Position numbers and translations under genes: made by a program. Shown here piece after piece: positions 54,273 to 63,854 of a DNA stretch of 64,000 nt. Every line of letters begins with the position of its first letter. Position 1 is the stretch's first letter. The DNA is taken from positions 29,187 to 93,186 of the forward strand of contig DAIDKM010000003.1 of assembly GCA_027450045.1 (NCBI GenBank), written 5' to 3'. Below the pieces are notes generated by a model. That model saw only the letters and a list, made by a program, of their open reading frames with translations, ran no database searches and had not been told where the DNA came from. The DNA comes from Paludibacter sp. (GTDB taxonomy: Bacteria; Bacteroidota; Bacteroidia; Bacteroidales; Paludibacteraceae).

Positions 54273-54393
54273 TTTGTTTAGGCCTTCTATAGGATTTCTA
54301 TAGGAATTGTATAGGGTATGTATAGGGTTTATGTAGGACAGCTATAGACCAACCATACTCCAGCCATACTCTACCAATAGACCAGCTGTTGGA
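54273..54393. repeat. 11-bp degenerate tandem array (about 11 units, core TATAGG)
   Basis: TTTGTTTAGGC CTTCTATAGGA TTTCTATAGGA ATTGTATAGGG TATGTATAGGG TTTATGTAGGA CAGCTATAGAC CAACCATACTC CAGCCATACTC TACCAATAGAC CAGCTGTTGGA; palindromic CCTATAGG at 54255-54262. Confidence 0.8.
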
Positions 54394-54742
54394 TGAGTTT
54401 TCTGTTCTCACTTTGACAAATCAACCATCTTGTTTCGCGATGTAAGCTATAAACTGATTGTTATAGAATTTGAAGCAGTCGCAGGCATCAAAATCCTTCT
54501 TGAAGTCAACCATACGATAAAACATAATCAATTTGGCGTTCGTTGCATTGTGAATACAAAAAAGTTATGTATTTTTGTTGTCTCAATAATCAGGCTAAAA
54601 AAGGCATTTCAAAACACTGAACGTTTGTTCCCTTGATCTTCTCATTGACCTAACAGATGGATGGGTAAAGACTATAAACTTCCAATATACATTAAGATCA
54701 AATGATAAACTGAAAAAGTCATCTTTAAATATTTATCAAATC

Positions 54743-55120
54743 ATGAACATTCCCGAAAATCTTTATTACACTCCCGAACACGAATGGTTACGCGTTGAAG
54801 GAGAAACCGCTTTTGTTGGTATAACCGACTTTGCACAAAGCGAATTGGGCGAAATAGTATTCGTTGATATCACAGCTGTTGGCGAAACATTGAAAGCCGG
54901 CGCTACCTTTGGCTCCATCGAAGCAGTAAAAACCGTTTCAGATCTGTTTATGCCTGCAAGTGGAAACGTGATTGAAATGAATGCGAAACTAAATGATCAT
55001 CCTGAATTGGTCAATGACGATCCCTATGGTGAGGGGTGGATTATTAAAACAACCCTGACTGATTCGTCAGAAATTGCCAAATTGCTTACTGCTGAAAAAT
55101 ATAAAGCGCTGGTCGGATAA
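54743..55120 (+). CDS. gcvH: Glycine cleavage system H protein
   Basis: [33 protein letters not shown] (lipoyl-Lys) and NDDPYGEGW. Confidence 0.97.
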   Translation: MNIPENLYYTPEHEWLRVEGETAFVGITDFAQSELGEIVFVDITAVGETLKAGATFGSIEAVKTVSDLFMPASGNVIEMNAKLNDHPELVNDDPYGEGWIIKTTLTDSSEIAKLLTAEKYKALVG

Positions 55121-55130
55121 AAGAGCTGCA

Positions 55131-55171
55131 TCTATGAAGCGAGTCCCGATTTTCGGGACGAGTTTCATGTG
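55131..55171 (+). repeat. REP-like palindrome, copy 2
   Basis: TCTATGAAGCGAGTCCCG-ATTTT-CGGGACGAGTTTCATGTG; 30 of 36 non-loop positions match copy 1. Confidence 0.6.
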
Positions 55172-55216
55172 TCCTTCGTGTTGAAAAAATATATGTTCAC
55201 ATGAAAACGATCCTCA

Positions 55217-57637
55217 ATGAGTTATTCTTTTATCCATCGTTTGTTATTGGTGTGTTGTCTTGTTTTGATTCCATTAATCGGACTGACACAAAACGAACAA
55301 ATCATTGTAGGACAAATCATTGATCGTAAAAATCAACAACCCGTTAACAACGCAACGATCTGTTTTGAAAAAACCCTCATTGTAGCTCACAGCAACAATG
55401 AGGGCTATTTTTTTTTAAAAGGAGATGGGAATGGCGCTCGGTTAGCGGTTTCGGCAAATGGCTACAAAACCAGATTAATACGCATCAAACGAAACCGAAG
55501 TGCTTCCATTAACCTCGAACTTACCCCACTGCCTGCTTCAGCGCTCCCATTGGAACCGGTAACAGAAGATGCACTTTCAAAAGCGATTGTTGAACAAGTA
55601 ATTCAGCATAAACCAATTAACAACCCCGAAAAAGGATATCAACCTTCTACCGAATCGGAAAGACTAAAAGCTTATGCCTACAATATACCAAAAGGTTGGA
55701 TTCACGGTCAAGAAGTTGCTAAAGCGGCTACCTTGTCACTCGATTCACTTTACACACTACCTCTTTTCACGGCAGATAAAGTTTATCGCCAGCCGACATT
55801 TCCATCGGTGAGAGAAGACAAAGAATTGTTCTTCAACAAAGAGCTGACGATTTTGCCTGTCAACAAAGAGTACATGCAAAAATTAGTCGGACTATTTCTG
55901 CCGCATCAAAACTTTTATGACAACCGAGTGGTGATTTCCGGCAACTATTTTATAAGCCCTATTGCGAACGATGCGTCACTGCATTATAGTTATTTCTTAA
56001 AAGATAGCACGTTGGAACAAGGGCGCAAAATATATACCATCGGTTTTCAGCCAAAACGCAAGGGGGAATTTTTACTCAAAGGTAGTTTATCTGTCGATTC
56101 AGCTACGTTTGCCCTTACATCCATCACTGTGAGTTTGCCACGCACCATTGCCATTAATTTTGTGCATTCGATCACTATTCAACAAACATTTGCCTTTGAG
56201 CGAGGCGCGTGGTATTATCAAAAAATCAATAATTTACTTGTGCTGGATATAACGTCGATTGGTATTTTTGCACAAAAGCCACTCCAGGTTATCATAAGTA
56301 AAAACCTGCTTTTTGCACCTCCGGAAACAAACAATGACGACTTGACCATGCTTGACAAGGAGCGACGCAGCTCCTTAACAGAACCAACCAACGATTCTCT
56401 TTATCAGCGTTTAGGAAGATTTAATGACACTCATTTTATGAAATGGGCAGCCTGGACAACCGATTTCTTCATGTATCAATATGCTCACGTCGGGAAAATA
56501 GATATTGGTCCGTATAATACGCTTTATCACAATAATGTCGTGGATGGTCCCATGTTAGCTTTCGGGATGCGAACAAATCAATCGCTTTGGAAACGGTTTA
56601 GCATTGGCGGCAATGGCGGATATGCTTTTCAGGATCACAGTTGGAAATTTGGCGGCAATGCACTCTATCGGTTGCCTACCCGGCATTTTCAACAAGTTGA
56701 CATAAGATACGATAAAAACGCCTATCAAACAGGGTTTAATGAAGATATTTTTTTGGTGAGTGAAGGCAAAGTTTCGCCCAATGGGGATGATGCTTTTGCC
56801 TCTTTATTGCGTTATACCCCTGACACGGTCATCAACGAGATAGCTTCGTGGCGTTTCCGCTATCAGCGCGAATGGACACGTGAATTCAAAACTACCCTCA
56901 CGCTCTTTGATAACCGCATCTATTCCAACAAATACATTCAGTTTATCCGTGATGGTTCTCAAGTGGAGAGCTTTCTGCAACGGGGAGCGAAAATAGACTT
57001 TCGTTTTTCCCGCGATCAATTGATCTGGGACAATTGTTTTGACAGGCGCTATTTATCAAATAAATATCCAGTGTTTCACGTCCAAATTGAGGGCGGCAAT
57101 TTTCAGTTCAATCAAACAAACGGAGACTATTTGAAATTAATTGGAACGGTTAATCATACGATCTCATTCGAAGGAGGAACTATTTTCTATGTGGCTGAAG
57201 CCGGTTATATTTTGGGGAATGTGCCATACCCCTTACTTTCAATTGCCCGGGGAAATGAAACGTATGCGTTTTCCGATTACAACTTTAATTTAATGAATAA
57301 TCTGGAGTATGCCGGTGATAAATATGTACATTTGCATGTGCATTATTACTCATCAGGCCTGCTACTCAACAAGATTCCGGTCATTAAAAAGCTTGGTTTG
57401 TTAGAGTCCTTCTCTTTGAAAGTAGCTGAAGGTGGATTGCGTGATGATCACAACGAACTGATGGCGCTGCCTCAAGGCATGCAGTCAGTAGGCACAATAC
57501 CGTATGTCGAAGGAGGTGTCGGCATCTATAATATTTTGAGTTTCATCGGCGTTGAATCGGACTGGCGCATAACGCACCGCAACGATCCAAAAGCAAACAA
57601 ATGGGGAATACGCGTTTTCTTCTACATAAGTCTCTAA
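55217..57637 (+). CDS. DUF5686-type outer-membrane protein with carboxypeptidase-regulatory-like N-domain
   Basis: N-terminal IVGQIID...SNNEGYF; ISPIA...HYSYFLKDS, GNVPYPLL..ARGNET and PYVEGGVGIYNIL. Confidence 0.7.
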   Translation: MSYSFIHRLLLVCCLVLIPLIGLTQNEQIIVGQIIDRKNQQPVNNATICFEKTLIVAHSNNEGYFFLKGDGNGARLAVSANGYKTRLIRIKRNRSASINLELTPLPASALPLEPVTEDALSKAIVEQVIQHKPINNPEKGYQPSTESERLKAYAYNIPKGWIHGQEVAKAATLSLDSLYTLPLFTADKVYRQPTFPSVREDKELFFNKELTILPVNKEYMQKLVGLFLPHQNFYDNRVVISGNYFISPIANDASLHYSYFLKDSTLEQGRKIYTIGFQPKRKGEFLLKGSLSVDSATFALTSITVSLPRTIAINFVHSITIQQTFAFERGAWYYQKINNLLVLDITSIGIFAQKPLQVIISKNLLFAPPETNNDDLTMLDKERRSSLTEPTNDSLYQRLGRFNDTHFMKWAAWTTDFFMYQYAHVGKIDIGPYNTLYHNNVVDGPMLAFGMRTNQSLWKRFSIGGNGGYAFQDHSWKFGGNALYRLPTRHFQQVDIRYDKNAYQTGFNEDIFLVSEGKVSPNGDDAFASLLRYTPDTVINEIASWRFRYQREWTREFKTTLTLFDNRIYSNKYIQFIRDGSQVESFLQRGAKIDFRFSRDQLIWDNCFDRRYLSNKYPVFHVQIEGGNFQFNQTNGDYLKLIGTVNHTISFEGGTIFYVAEAGYILGNVPYPLLSIARGNETYAFSDYNFNLMNNLEYAGDKYVHLHVHYYSSGLLLNKIPVIKKLGLLESFSLKVAEGGLRDDHNELMALPQGMQSVGTIPYVEGGVGIYNILSFIGVESDWRITHRNDPKANKWGIRVFFYISL

Positions 57638-57701
57638 TTGGTTGGTTGAAAAAGAAAGTCTGATATTTCACTCTTTTTAAAAGCTATAATGGATTTACAC
57701 C

Positions 57702-58154
57702 ATGCACCGATATCATCATTTCTTTGCTAAAACCGGAGTTGGAGTGCTCTTGCTGGGCTTGCTCTTCGGATGCAACACCAACACGACCACTATTCCGCTT
57801 GCTCCGGTACAACTACAAGTCAACTTGCTTCAGGCAACAAATCTCACTGCCATTGGATCGACGGAAAGTTACATCACACCAAGCACTGGGTTAGAATATC
57901 TTGGTTATGGTGGTATTTTGGTGGTACACACGTTAAGTGACAATTATTGTGCCTTTGATTTAGCATGTCCATATGAAGCGCAGCAAACTGTCCGTGTGGT
58001 AGTTCAACCTGACTTAACCGCCAAGTGTCCTGTTTGCGGATCGGTATATCGCATCATGGATGGAACGGGTTGGCCAATCAGCGGGCCGACCAGACATAAA
58101 CTGAAGCAATACAATGTTTATCCAAATGGTTATGAGCTGAATATAACAAACTAA
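57702..58154 (+). CDS. Rieske-fold-like lipoprotein
   Basis: Lipobox LFGC; GYGGILV, AFDLACPYE, AKCPVCGSVY and G.PISGP...LKQY. Confidence 0.65.
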   Translation: MHRYHHFFAKTGVGVLLLGLLFGCNTNTTTIPLAPVQLQVNLLQATNLTAIGSTESYITPSTGLEYLGYGGILVVHTLSDNYCAFDLACPYEAQQTVRVVVQPDLTAKCPVCGSVYRIMDGTGWPISGPTRHKLKQYNVYPNGYELNITN

Positions 58155-58303
58155 TGGAAGATTCTCAAAATAGATTTAAGTACCCAAGAGAATAACGTAG
58201 AGGTTACGGGAAGATAAGAAGTTAATGAAGCAATGGCAATGGAATTCGAGAGAAAACAGACCTTAAATAGCAACTCAGCACATTATCTCATTATCAAATC
58301 AAG

Positions 58304-58708
58304 ATGGAACGAAGGGATTATTTAGAACGTGAAATAGAAAAGATGCATGCCGTAATTCAAAAGATTTTCGGGCTGCGTGTTGACAAGCCTGAAGAAGCCA
58401 GAGAATTGATTTCGACAGAAATGAATCTTTATTTTCATGTCTCGCCACCTTCTTTGGACGCTATGAGCGATGACGAATTTGTACAGTACATCCACCCGCT
58501 AAAAATCTATGCGCTGAACTTTTTAGGAGACTTACTCTTTGCATCCGTCGACCTTGAGAAACCACTCTCCACAACCGACAAAGAATCTTTGCGCAGGGTA
58601 TTGATTATCTGGGATACATGGGAGCTGAAAACAAAGACATTGGATTGGGAGAAACTGGCGTTGAAACAGAAAATAAAGGATTTGATTTCTCCTTCTGAAT
58701 CCGCATAA
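58304..58708 (+). CDS. Hypothetical helical protein
   Basis: 134-aa ORF starting MERRDYLEREIEKM; no family assigned with confidence. Confidence 0.65.
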   Translation: MERRDYLEREIEKMHAVIQKIFGLRVDKPEEARELISTEMNLYFHVSPPSLDAMSDDEFVQYIHPLKIYALNFLGDLLFASVDLEKPLSTTDKESLRRVLIIWDTWELKTKTLDWEKLALKQKIKDLISPSESA

Positions 58709-58713
58709 GGTTG

Positions 58714-59160
58714 CTATAAATTGTGATGCAACATTCGGAATTTAGCCATCTCTTCGTAAGGCGTCTCGGGTAATCCGAAATTGCAATAGGGATGAATGCT
58801 GATGCCTCCGCGCGGTAGAAACAGTCCGGTCACCTCAATGTATTTTGGATCCATCAACCGAATCATATCTTTCATGATAATATTCACGCAATCTTCGTGA
58901 AAATTGCCATGATTCCGAAAACTGAATAAATAGAGCTTCAGGCTTTTACTTTCCACCATTTTCTTTGCAGGCAGGTAATCAATCAGAATAGTCGCAAAAT
59001 CAGGTTGCCCCGTTATGGGACAAAGTGTTGTAAACTCAGGACATTGAAACCGTACCCAGTAATCGTTTTCAGGATGCTTGTTGTCAAAGGTTTCCAGCAC
59101 CGAAGGATCGTATGTTGTGGGAATTTCCGATTTTTTGCCAAGATGTTGTAAGGATTCCAT
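58714..59160 (-). CDS. queF: preQ0 reductase, type I (probable start MESLQ at 59160)
   Basis: [33 protein letters not shown] and F.PRGGI. Confidence 0.96.
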   Translation of the reverse strand: MESLQHLGKKSEIPTTYDPSVLETFDNKHPENDYWVRFQCPEFTTLCPITGQPDFATILIDYLPAKKMVESKSLKLYLFSFRNHGNFHEDCVNIIMKDMIRLMDPKYIEVTGLFLPRGGISIHPYCNFGLPETPYEEMAKFRMLHHNL

Positions 59161-59215
59161 GATGAAGATGTTGAAAAAGTGAGCGATATATGATGACGTG
59201 TGAGGCAATTTAACT

Positions 59216-59899
59216 TTACCCGACTTCCTTAATTCTCCAGATGCTGTATGAGATTTCGCGATCGATAATATCCGTATTTTCTTTTCGCTTGATATAAATC
59301 ACCACGCGTTGCGTGACAGGCAGGATGATAATTTCGTACATGATTTTCAAAAAGGCCTGCGTAATGATCATCATGATCAATTGGTGAAACGATAAGATGG
59401 CGAAAAAGGCAATCGAAATAAAGATAGCGGAATCAGCGCTTTCGCCCACGATGGTGGAAGCGATGGCGCGTAACGAAAACTTAGCGCCATTCATGGCACG
59501 CTTCATTTTGCTCATTACATACGCGTTTAAGAAAGAGCCGACTAAAAAAGCCGACAAACTGGCAACCGCAATGCGGGGTGTTTGTGTCAGAACATGCGAG
59601 AATGCCGCTTGACCCGACCAAAAAGGAGCGGGAGGCAAAGCAACCGCAAACTGATAAAACAACACTGCGAAAAAGTTCATCCCGAAAGCCAGCCAAATCA
59701 TTAGTCGCGCTTTACGAAATCCCCATACTTCGGCAATGCAGTCGTTGATGATATAAGTCAGCGGAAATAAGAAGATGCCGGCAGGCACGGCAATAGCGCC
59801 TAACATGACAATTTTGAAAGCTACTAAATTGGAAATCAACAAACACGTGGTGAAGACCACCGTCATGAATAGAAAAAGAGGAGAAAGCGGATTTTTCAT
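59216..59899 (-). CDS. yhhQ: Queuosine precursor transporter, YhhQ/VUT family (probable start MKNPL at 59899)
   Basis: [29 protein letters not shown] and [10 protein letters not shown]; next to queF. Confidence 0.9.
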   Translation of the reverse strand: MKNPLSPLFLFMTVVFTTCLLISNLVAFKIVMLGAIAVPAGIFLFPLTYIINDCIAEVWGFRKARLMIWLAFGMNFFAVLFYQFAVALPPAPFWSGQAAFSHVLTQTPRIAVASLSAFLVGSFLNAYVMSKMKRAMNGAKFSLRAIASTIVGESADSAIFISIAFFAILSFHQLIMMIITQAFLKIMYEIIILPVTQRVVIYIKRKENTDIIDREISYSIWRIKEVG

Positions 59900-59901
59900 T
59901 G

Positions 59902-59932
59902 TCTTGTTTTTTACGTGGTTACCAAGAACACG
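59902..59932 (-). ncRNA. preQ1 class I riboswitch
   Basis: Minus strand CGUG-U-UCUUG-GUAAC-CACG-UAAAAAA-CAAGA. P1 is CGUG/CACG, the loop has GUAAC with the ligand-pairing C, there is an A-rich tail, and the pseudoknot is UCUUG/CAAGA. It lies upstream of yhhQ-queF. Confidence 0.85.
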
Positions 59933-59970
59933 GATCGTAATCGATCGATGAATAGTCAATTAAAAACGGG

Positions 59971-60052
59971 TGGGCAGTGATGGATTCGAACCACCGTAGG
60001 CGTCGCCAGCAGATTTACAGTCTGCCCCATTTGGCCACTCTGGTAACTGCCC
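59971..60052 (-). tRNA. tRNA-Tyr(GTA), CCA not encoded
   Basis: GGGCAGT/ACTGCCC acceptor stem, D arm AGTGGCCAAA, anticodon arm GCAGA-CTGTAAA-TCTGC, long variable arm, GGTTCGAATCC T arm. Confidence 0.96.
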
Positions 60053-60070
60053 GTTTTCTATAAAGGAGTG

Positions 60071-60078
60071 CAAAGATA
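60071..60078 (-). promoter_or_regulatory. -7 promoter box upstream of tRNA-Tyr
   Basis: TATCTTTG 18 nt upstream of the tRNA 5' end. Confidence 0.7.
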
Positions 60079-60087
60079 CCGAAAAAA

Positions 60088-60576
60088 TCAGAGATTCCGC
60101 TTGAGATGCACCATTTTAATGGCTGTTATGGCAGCTTCGTCGCCTTTGTTGCCATGAATGCCTCCTGCACGATCCAACGCTTGCTGCATGGTGTCCGTGG
60201 TCAATAACCCAAATATCACCGGAATATCTTGCGAAACATTGAGTTGTGTCACTCCTTGTGTGACGCCCTGACAAACGTATTCAAAATGAGGCGTGCCGCC
60301 GCGAACAACGGCTCCAAGCACAATAACAGCATCGACAGAACACTTTTCGACCAATAGTTTTGCTCCATATACCAATTCAAAGCTTCCAGGTACATGGTGA
60401 ATGACAATTTGATCGGGTGTGACGCCTGCTTTCTGAAGTGTTGCGTAAGCTCCATCCAACAAATTCTCGGTAACCTGAGGATTCCATTCCGATACGACTA
60501 TGCCGAAGCGCATGTTATCGGTCGGTGGGATAGATGATGAATCGTATGTTGAGAGGTTATGATAAGCAGTTGCCAT
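60088..60576 (-). CDS. ribH: 6,7-dimethyl-8-ribityllumazine synthase
   Basis: [36 protein letters not shown] and HGNKG.E. Confidence 0.97.
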   Translation of the reverse strand: MATAYHNLSTYDSSSIPPTDNMRFGIVVSEWNPQVTENLLDGAYATLQKAGVTPDQIVIHHVPGSFELVYGAKLLVEKCSVDAVIVLGAVVRGGTPHFEYVCQGVTQGVTQLNVSQDIPVIFGLLTTDTMQQALDRAGGIHGNKGDEAAITAIKMVHLKRNL

Positions 60577-60674
60577 ATAAAATCTGATTTGACGAATGGT
60601 AAAATCAAGCGCAAAATAATAACTGCCCCAAAAAGATTGAAGCAGTCATTTAAACGATGTGATTCAAAATCTCT

Positions 60675-61367
60675 TTATTTAGCTAAAGCTGTAGCACGAC
60701 CGATATAACGATCAATGTCGGAAGCTTCCTGGCTTTGAGCATATTGATCTTTTATTTTAGTGTAAACAGCCAGTGCGTCTTTATATTTTCCAAGGCTCTC
60801 GTAAGCAACGCCGGCCTTTTTCAGATAGATTGGACTCACCAAATCATTCTTCGAATCAGCCGCTTTCAGGAAGTATTTAATGCCTTCTTCAGTTTGACCC
60901 AGATTGACGTAGCAATCACCGATTAATCCGATTGCAGCATACGATTCGTTTATGTCGTCGGCATCAAATTTCTTCAAATAGTGGATGGCGTTTTTGTAAT
61001 CACCTAAATGATAGTAGCAAATACCCGCATATACATTGGATAATCTTGCTGCTTTTGTCCAGCTGTATTCGTCAATAATACCTTTGAATCCGATACATTG
61101 ATCCGTGCCATCGCCGTTTAAGGCTACCTGAAATGAATCGACGGCAAAATAGTTTTGGCAAACAGCCAACTTTGCATTAGCTTGACTCTCTCTCGGTACT
61201 AAGTACCAGTTGCGCAAGGCTAAAACAGCCAGCACAATCAGCACGACAACACCAACGGCATAAATAATTTGTTTTTGATATTTCTCGATAAAAATCTCCG
61301 ACCTGGTCAATACATTTTCAACGTTTTGCAAATTATCGGGTGTGCTATTAGACTTCTTGGATGCCAT
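60675..61367 (-). CDS. Membrane-anchored TPR protein
   Basis: Single TM helix, then TPR-like helices (YAGICYYHLG, LKKAGVAYESLG). Confidence 0.8.
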   Translation of the reverse strand: MASKKSNSTPDNLQNVENVLTRSEIFIEKYQKQIIYAVGVVVLIVLAVLALRNWYLVPRESQANAKLAVCQNYFAVDSFQVALNGDGTDQCIGFKGIIDEYSWTKAARLSNVYAGICYYHLGDYKNAIHYLKKFDADDINESYAAIGLIGDCYVNLGQTEEGIKYFLKAADSKNDLVSPIYLKKAGVAYESLGKYKDALAVYTKIKDQYAQSQEASDIDRYIGRATALAK

Positions 61368-61584
61368 ACGGTTTGAATTTTAAAAAATAGAAACGATAGT
61401 TAGGAGCGCAAAATTACACATTTCTCGGCAATTAGAAAAACATTCCCTGCAATTTTTGCAACAAATCACTTTCTATTACACAAAGAGTTGTTGTTTAGGT
61501 TTTTGAATTGTCTTTGAGAGGATGTTCTTTTGATCCTGTTTCGATACGTCATTGGCTGTTCTAGCAAAAACGCCGTTGACGTGC

Positions 61585-62667
61585 TTAATCTAAGCTCAAA
61601 TAATCATAATGCACAAAAGGGCGTTGTCCTTTTTTTCCCATCAATTCACGGGCGACATCTGCATCGTATTGCACTTTGCCAACCCCGATGGGAATCCCGT
61701 TTTCATCGGTTAGGCGCACAATGTCGCCTTCTTCAAAGTCGCCTTCAATGTGCGTAATGCCAACAGGAAGGAGGCTGTTGGCTTTTGTTTTGTCGAGCAA
61801 CGCTTCGACGGCGCCATTATTCAGCATGACAGTTCCTTTGGCGAAATCCTCGCTGTGTGCAATCCATTTTTTGATGCTCGATATTCCTTTATCGGAGGGA
61901 CTGAAGCGGGTGCAAAGCGTTTTTCCCGGGTGAGCCAGAAGATTAACCAATACATTCTCGCGTTTGCCGTTGGCGATCATGACCGTAATTCCTTCGGATG
62001 CTACTTTTTGAGCAATAGAACATTTTGTCCCCATGCCGCCACGTCCAAACGTTGACTTTTGATCTGAAATATAAGAAGCTAAATCCACATCATCCGGTTT
62101 GACTTCCCGAATCAACTGGGCATGGCCTTCGGATGGATTTCCGTCATAAAGCCCGTCCACGTTGCTGAGAATGATCAATGCTTCCACGTCCATCATAGTT
62201 GCCATCAGTCCCGACAATTCGTCATTATCGGTAAACATCAGTTCGGTGACGGAGGTTGTATCGTTCTCATTGACGATGGGAATCACTTTGTTTTCGAGCA
62301 TCACCCGAATGCAGTTTTGTTGGTTCAGGTACAACGAACGGGAGCTGAAGTTTTCTTTTGTCGTCAGAATCTGACCACATGCAATGCCTTGTTCGCGGAA
62401 AAGCTCATAATACCGGTTGATTAGCTTGGCTTGTCCCACAGCCGAAAAGAGCTGGCGTGCCGACACTTCATCCAGCTTTTTCATCGGTTGAATCTCTCCG
62501 CGACCTGATGCCACGGCGCCAGAAGAGATGAGAATCACTTCGACGCCAGCACGATGCAAAATAGCTACCTGATCAACCAACGAAGAGACGCGCGTCACAT
62601 CGAGACGACCGTCAGCGCGTGTCAGGACGTTACTACCAATTTTAACCGCAATTCGTTTATATCCCAT
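61585..62667 (-). CDS. proB: Glutamate 5-kinase with PUA domain
   Basis: VKIGSNVL, SSGAVASG, AVGQ, PIVNEND, DNDELS, GRGGMGTK and C-terminal VHYD. Confidence 0.96.
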   Translation of the reverse strand: MGYKRIAVKIGSNVLTRADGRLDVTRVSSLVDQVAILHRAGVEVILISSGAVASGRGEIQPMKKLDEVSARQLFSAVGQAKLINRYYELFREQGIACGQILTTKENFSSRSLYLNQQNCIRVMLENKVIPIVNENDTTSVTELMFTDNDELSGLMATMMDVEALIILSNVDGLYDGNPSEGHAQLIREVKPDDVDLASYISDQKSTFGRGGMGTKCSIAQKVASEGITVMIANGKRENVLVNLLAHPGKTLCTRFSPSDKGISSIKKWIAHSEDFAKGTVMLNNGAVEALLDKTKANSLLPVGITHIEGDFEEGDIVRLTDENGIPIGVGKVQYDADVARELMGKKGQRPFVHYDYLSLD

Positions 62668-63079
62668 TTGGCAACCATTTTAGTTTATTTTCCTGCTTAG
62701 CTTAGCGAATGCAAAGTAAGTAAATTTTGCGATAGGTTGGTGAATGACTGTGTATGAACAAATGGCTAATCGGCGATTTCATTTTTCTATCAACCCTTAT
62801 TTTCTAGCAAACTGGAATCCAGTGTGGTTTGCACTCACAATCAGTTTCAAACGGTTGATATTTCCAGTCCAAATTGCGGCTATCGCCGAAAACTTGAACT
62901 ATTCAATCTGCCATGCTTGCGCCATCAGGGGTTTGAATCTCTCTGCACGACAAAGGCAAATCCTGCTCCGGATATGCTTTTTTTGTGCAATGCAACTGCT
63001 ACAGGTACTAATTTCGTTTCAAAACAACCTAACCTTTTCTGGAACCTTCATGGAATAAAAAGGAAGAGGCTCTGAGATA

Positions 63080-63727
63080 TTAAAATTTCAAGCCAGCTCT
63101 GACTGATAATGATCCAGCCGTCCCATGAACATCTTTCGTAGTTTGATAATCATGATATTGTGCATTTTGCATATTGTATCCAGCCATAAAGAATAATACC
63201 GTTTTCTTAGTCAGATAAATATCCATCCCGAAAGAAGGCTCGGCCATAAATCCATACATATTTCTTAAATCACCTTGCCCGATATCAAAAGCATAGCCGA
63301 TATTCCCTGCCACAAATGGAGAAACAAGTCCTTTCGACAAAGTTATTTTTACTTGTAAGAATAATGGCAACAAAATATTACCTCCATAATTATCAAAATC
63401 ATGTGACGTTACATCATAGTACATTGATGATTCATTAGGAAAATAAACAGGAGAATAGTTATATAGTCTCATTTTGTTACATAAAGCGTTGGCATACCTG
63501 GCTCCAATCCCAACTCCTGCAAAAATGTATTGATTAAGTCTGACGCCATTTATCATATCAATTTCATAGGAGCTCTTGGTGAATTCATCTAACCCGATAA
63601 ATACTCCGGCCTCAAAAGACTTTTCATAACTAACCTGAGCTTTTATATAAGAACAACTTATCATTATCGAAAAATAGTTGCTATAAAGCGCCAGGATTCT
63701 TTTAATCGCGTCCCTCTGGTTTTGCAT
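63080..63727 (-). CDS. Outer-membrane beta-barrel-like hypothetical protein (start uncertain)
   Basis: Alternating beta-strand pattern (FAGVGIG, LPLFLQ, PFVAGNIGY, FFMAGYN) and C-terminal VRAGLKF. Confidence 0.65.
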   Translation of the reverse strand: MQNQRDAIKRILALYSNYFSIMISCSYIKAQVSYEKSFEAGVFIGLDEFTKSSYEIDMINGVRLNQYIFAGVGIGARYANALCNKMRLYNYSPVYFPNESSMYYDVTSHDFDNYGGNILLPLFLQVKITLSKGLVSPFVAGNIGYAFDIGQGDLRNMYGFMAEPSFGMDIYLTKKTVLFFMAGYNMQNAQYHDYQTTKDVHGTAGSLSVRAGLKF

Positions 63728-63739
63728 CGGGCGATGCGA

Positions 63740-63854
63740 TTATATCGAACGATTCGACAGCCTAATGTCGGATGCCCCGACAGCCTAATATCGAACGATT
63801 CAACAGCCTAATGTCGGATGACCCGATAGCCTAATATCGGATTGCCCTATATTT
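63740..63854. repeat. 23-bp tandem array of mini-palindromes, A-B-A-B-C order
   Basis: TTATATCGAACGATTCGACAGCC / TAATGTCGGATGCCCCGACAGCC / TAATATCGAACGATTCAACAGCC / TAATGTCGGATGACCCGATAGCC / TAATATCGGATTGCCCTATATTT. Confidence 0.9.

Noticed and set aside
54578-54742. Glycine riboswitch upstream of gcvH
   Set aside because: The conserved GGAGA, CCGAAG and CUCUCAGG elements are absent.
59933-60052. tRNA-Tyr as an integration site for a genomic island
   Set aside because: No duplicated tRNA 3' end and no integrase in the window; the flanks are housekeeping genes.
60577-60674. FMN riboswitch upstream of ribH
   Set aside because: The gap is under 100 bp and lacks the AGGGC/GAAAUUCCC-type conserved segments.
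62744-63075. Short plus-strand ORFs as a transposase zinc-ribbon remnant (PNCGY)
   Set aside because: Only a 5-residue resemblance, with no second CxxC, no catalytic motifs and no terminal repeats.
63740-63854. CRISPR array
   Set aside because: Units are directly tandem, the variable part is only 7 nt and itself repeats, and no cas genes are visible.
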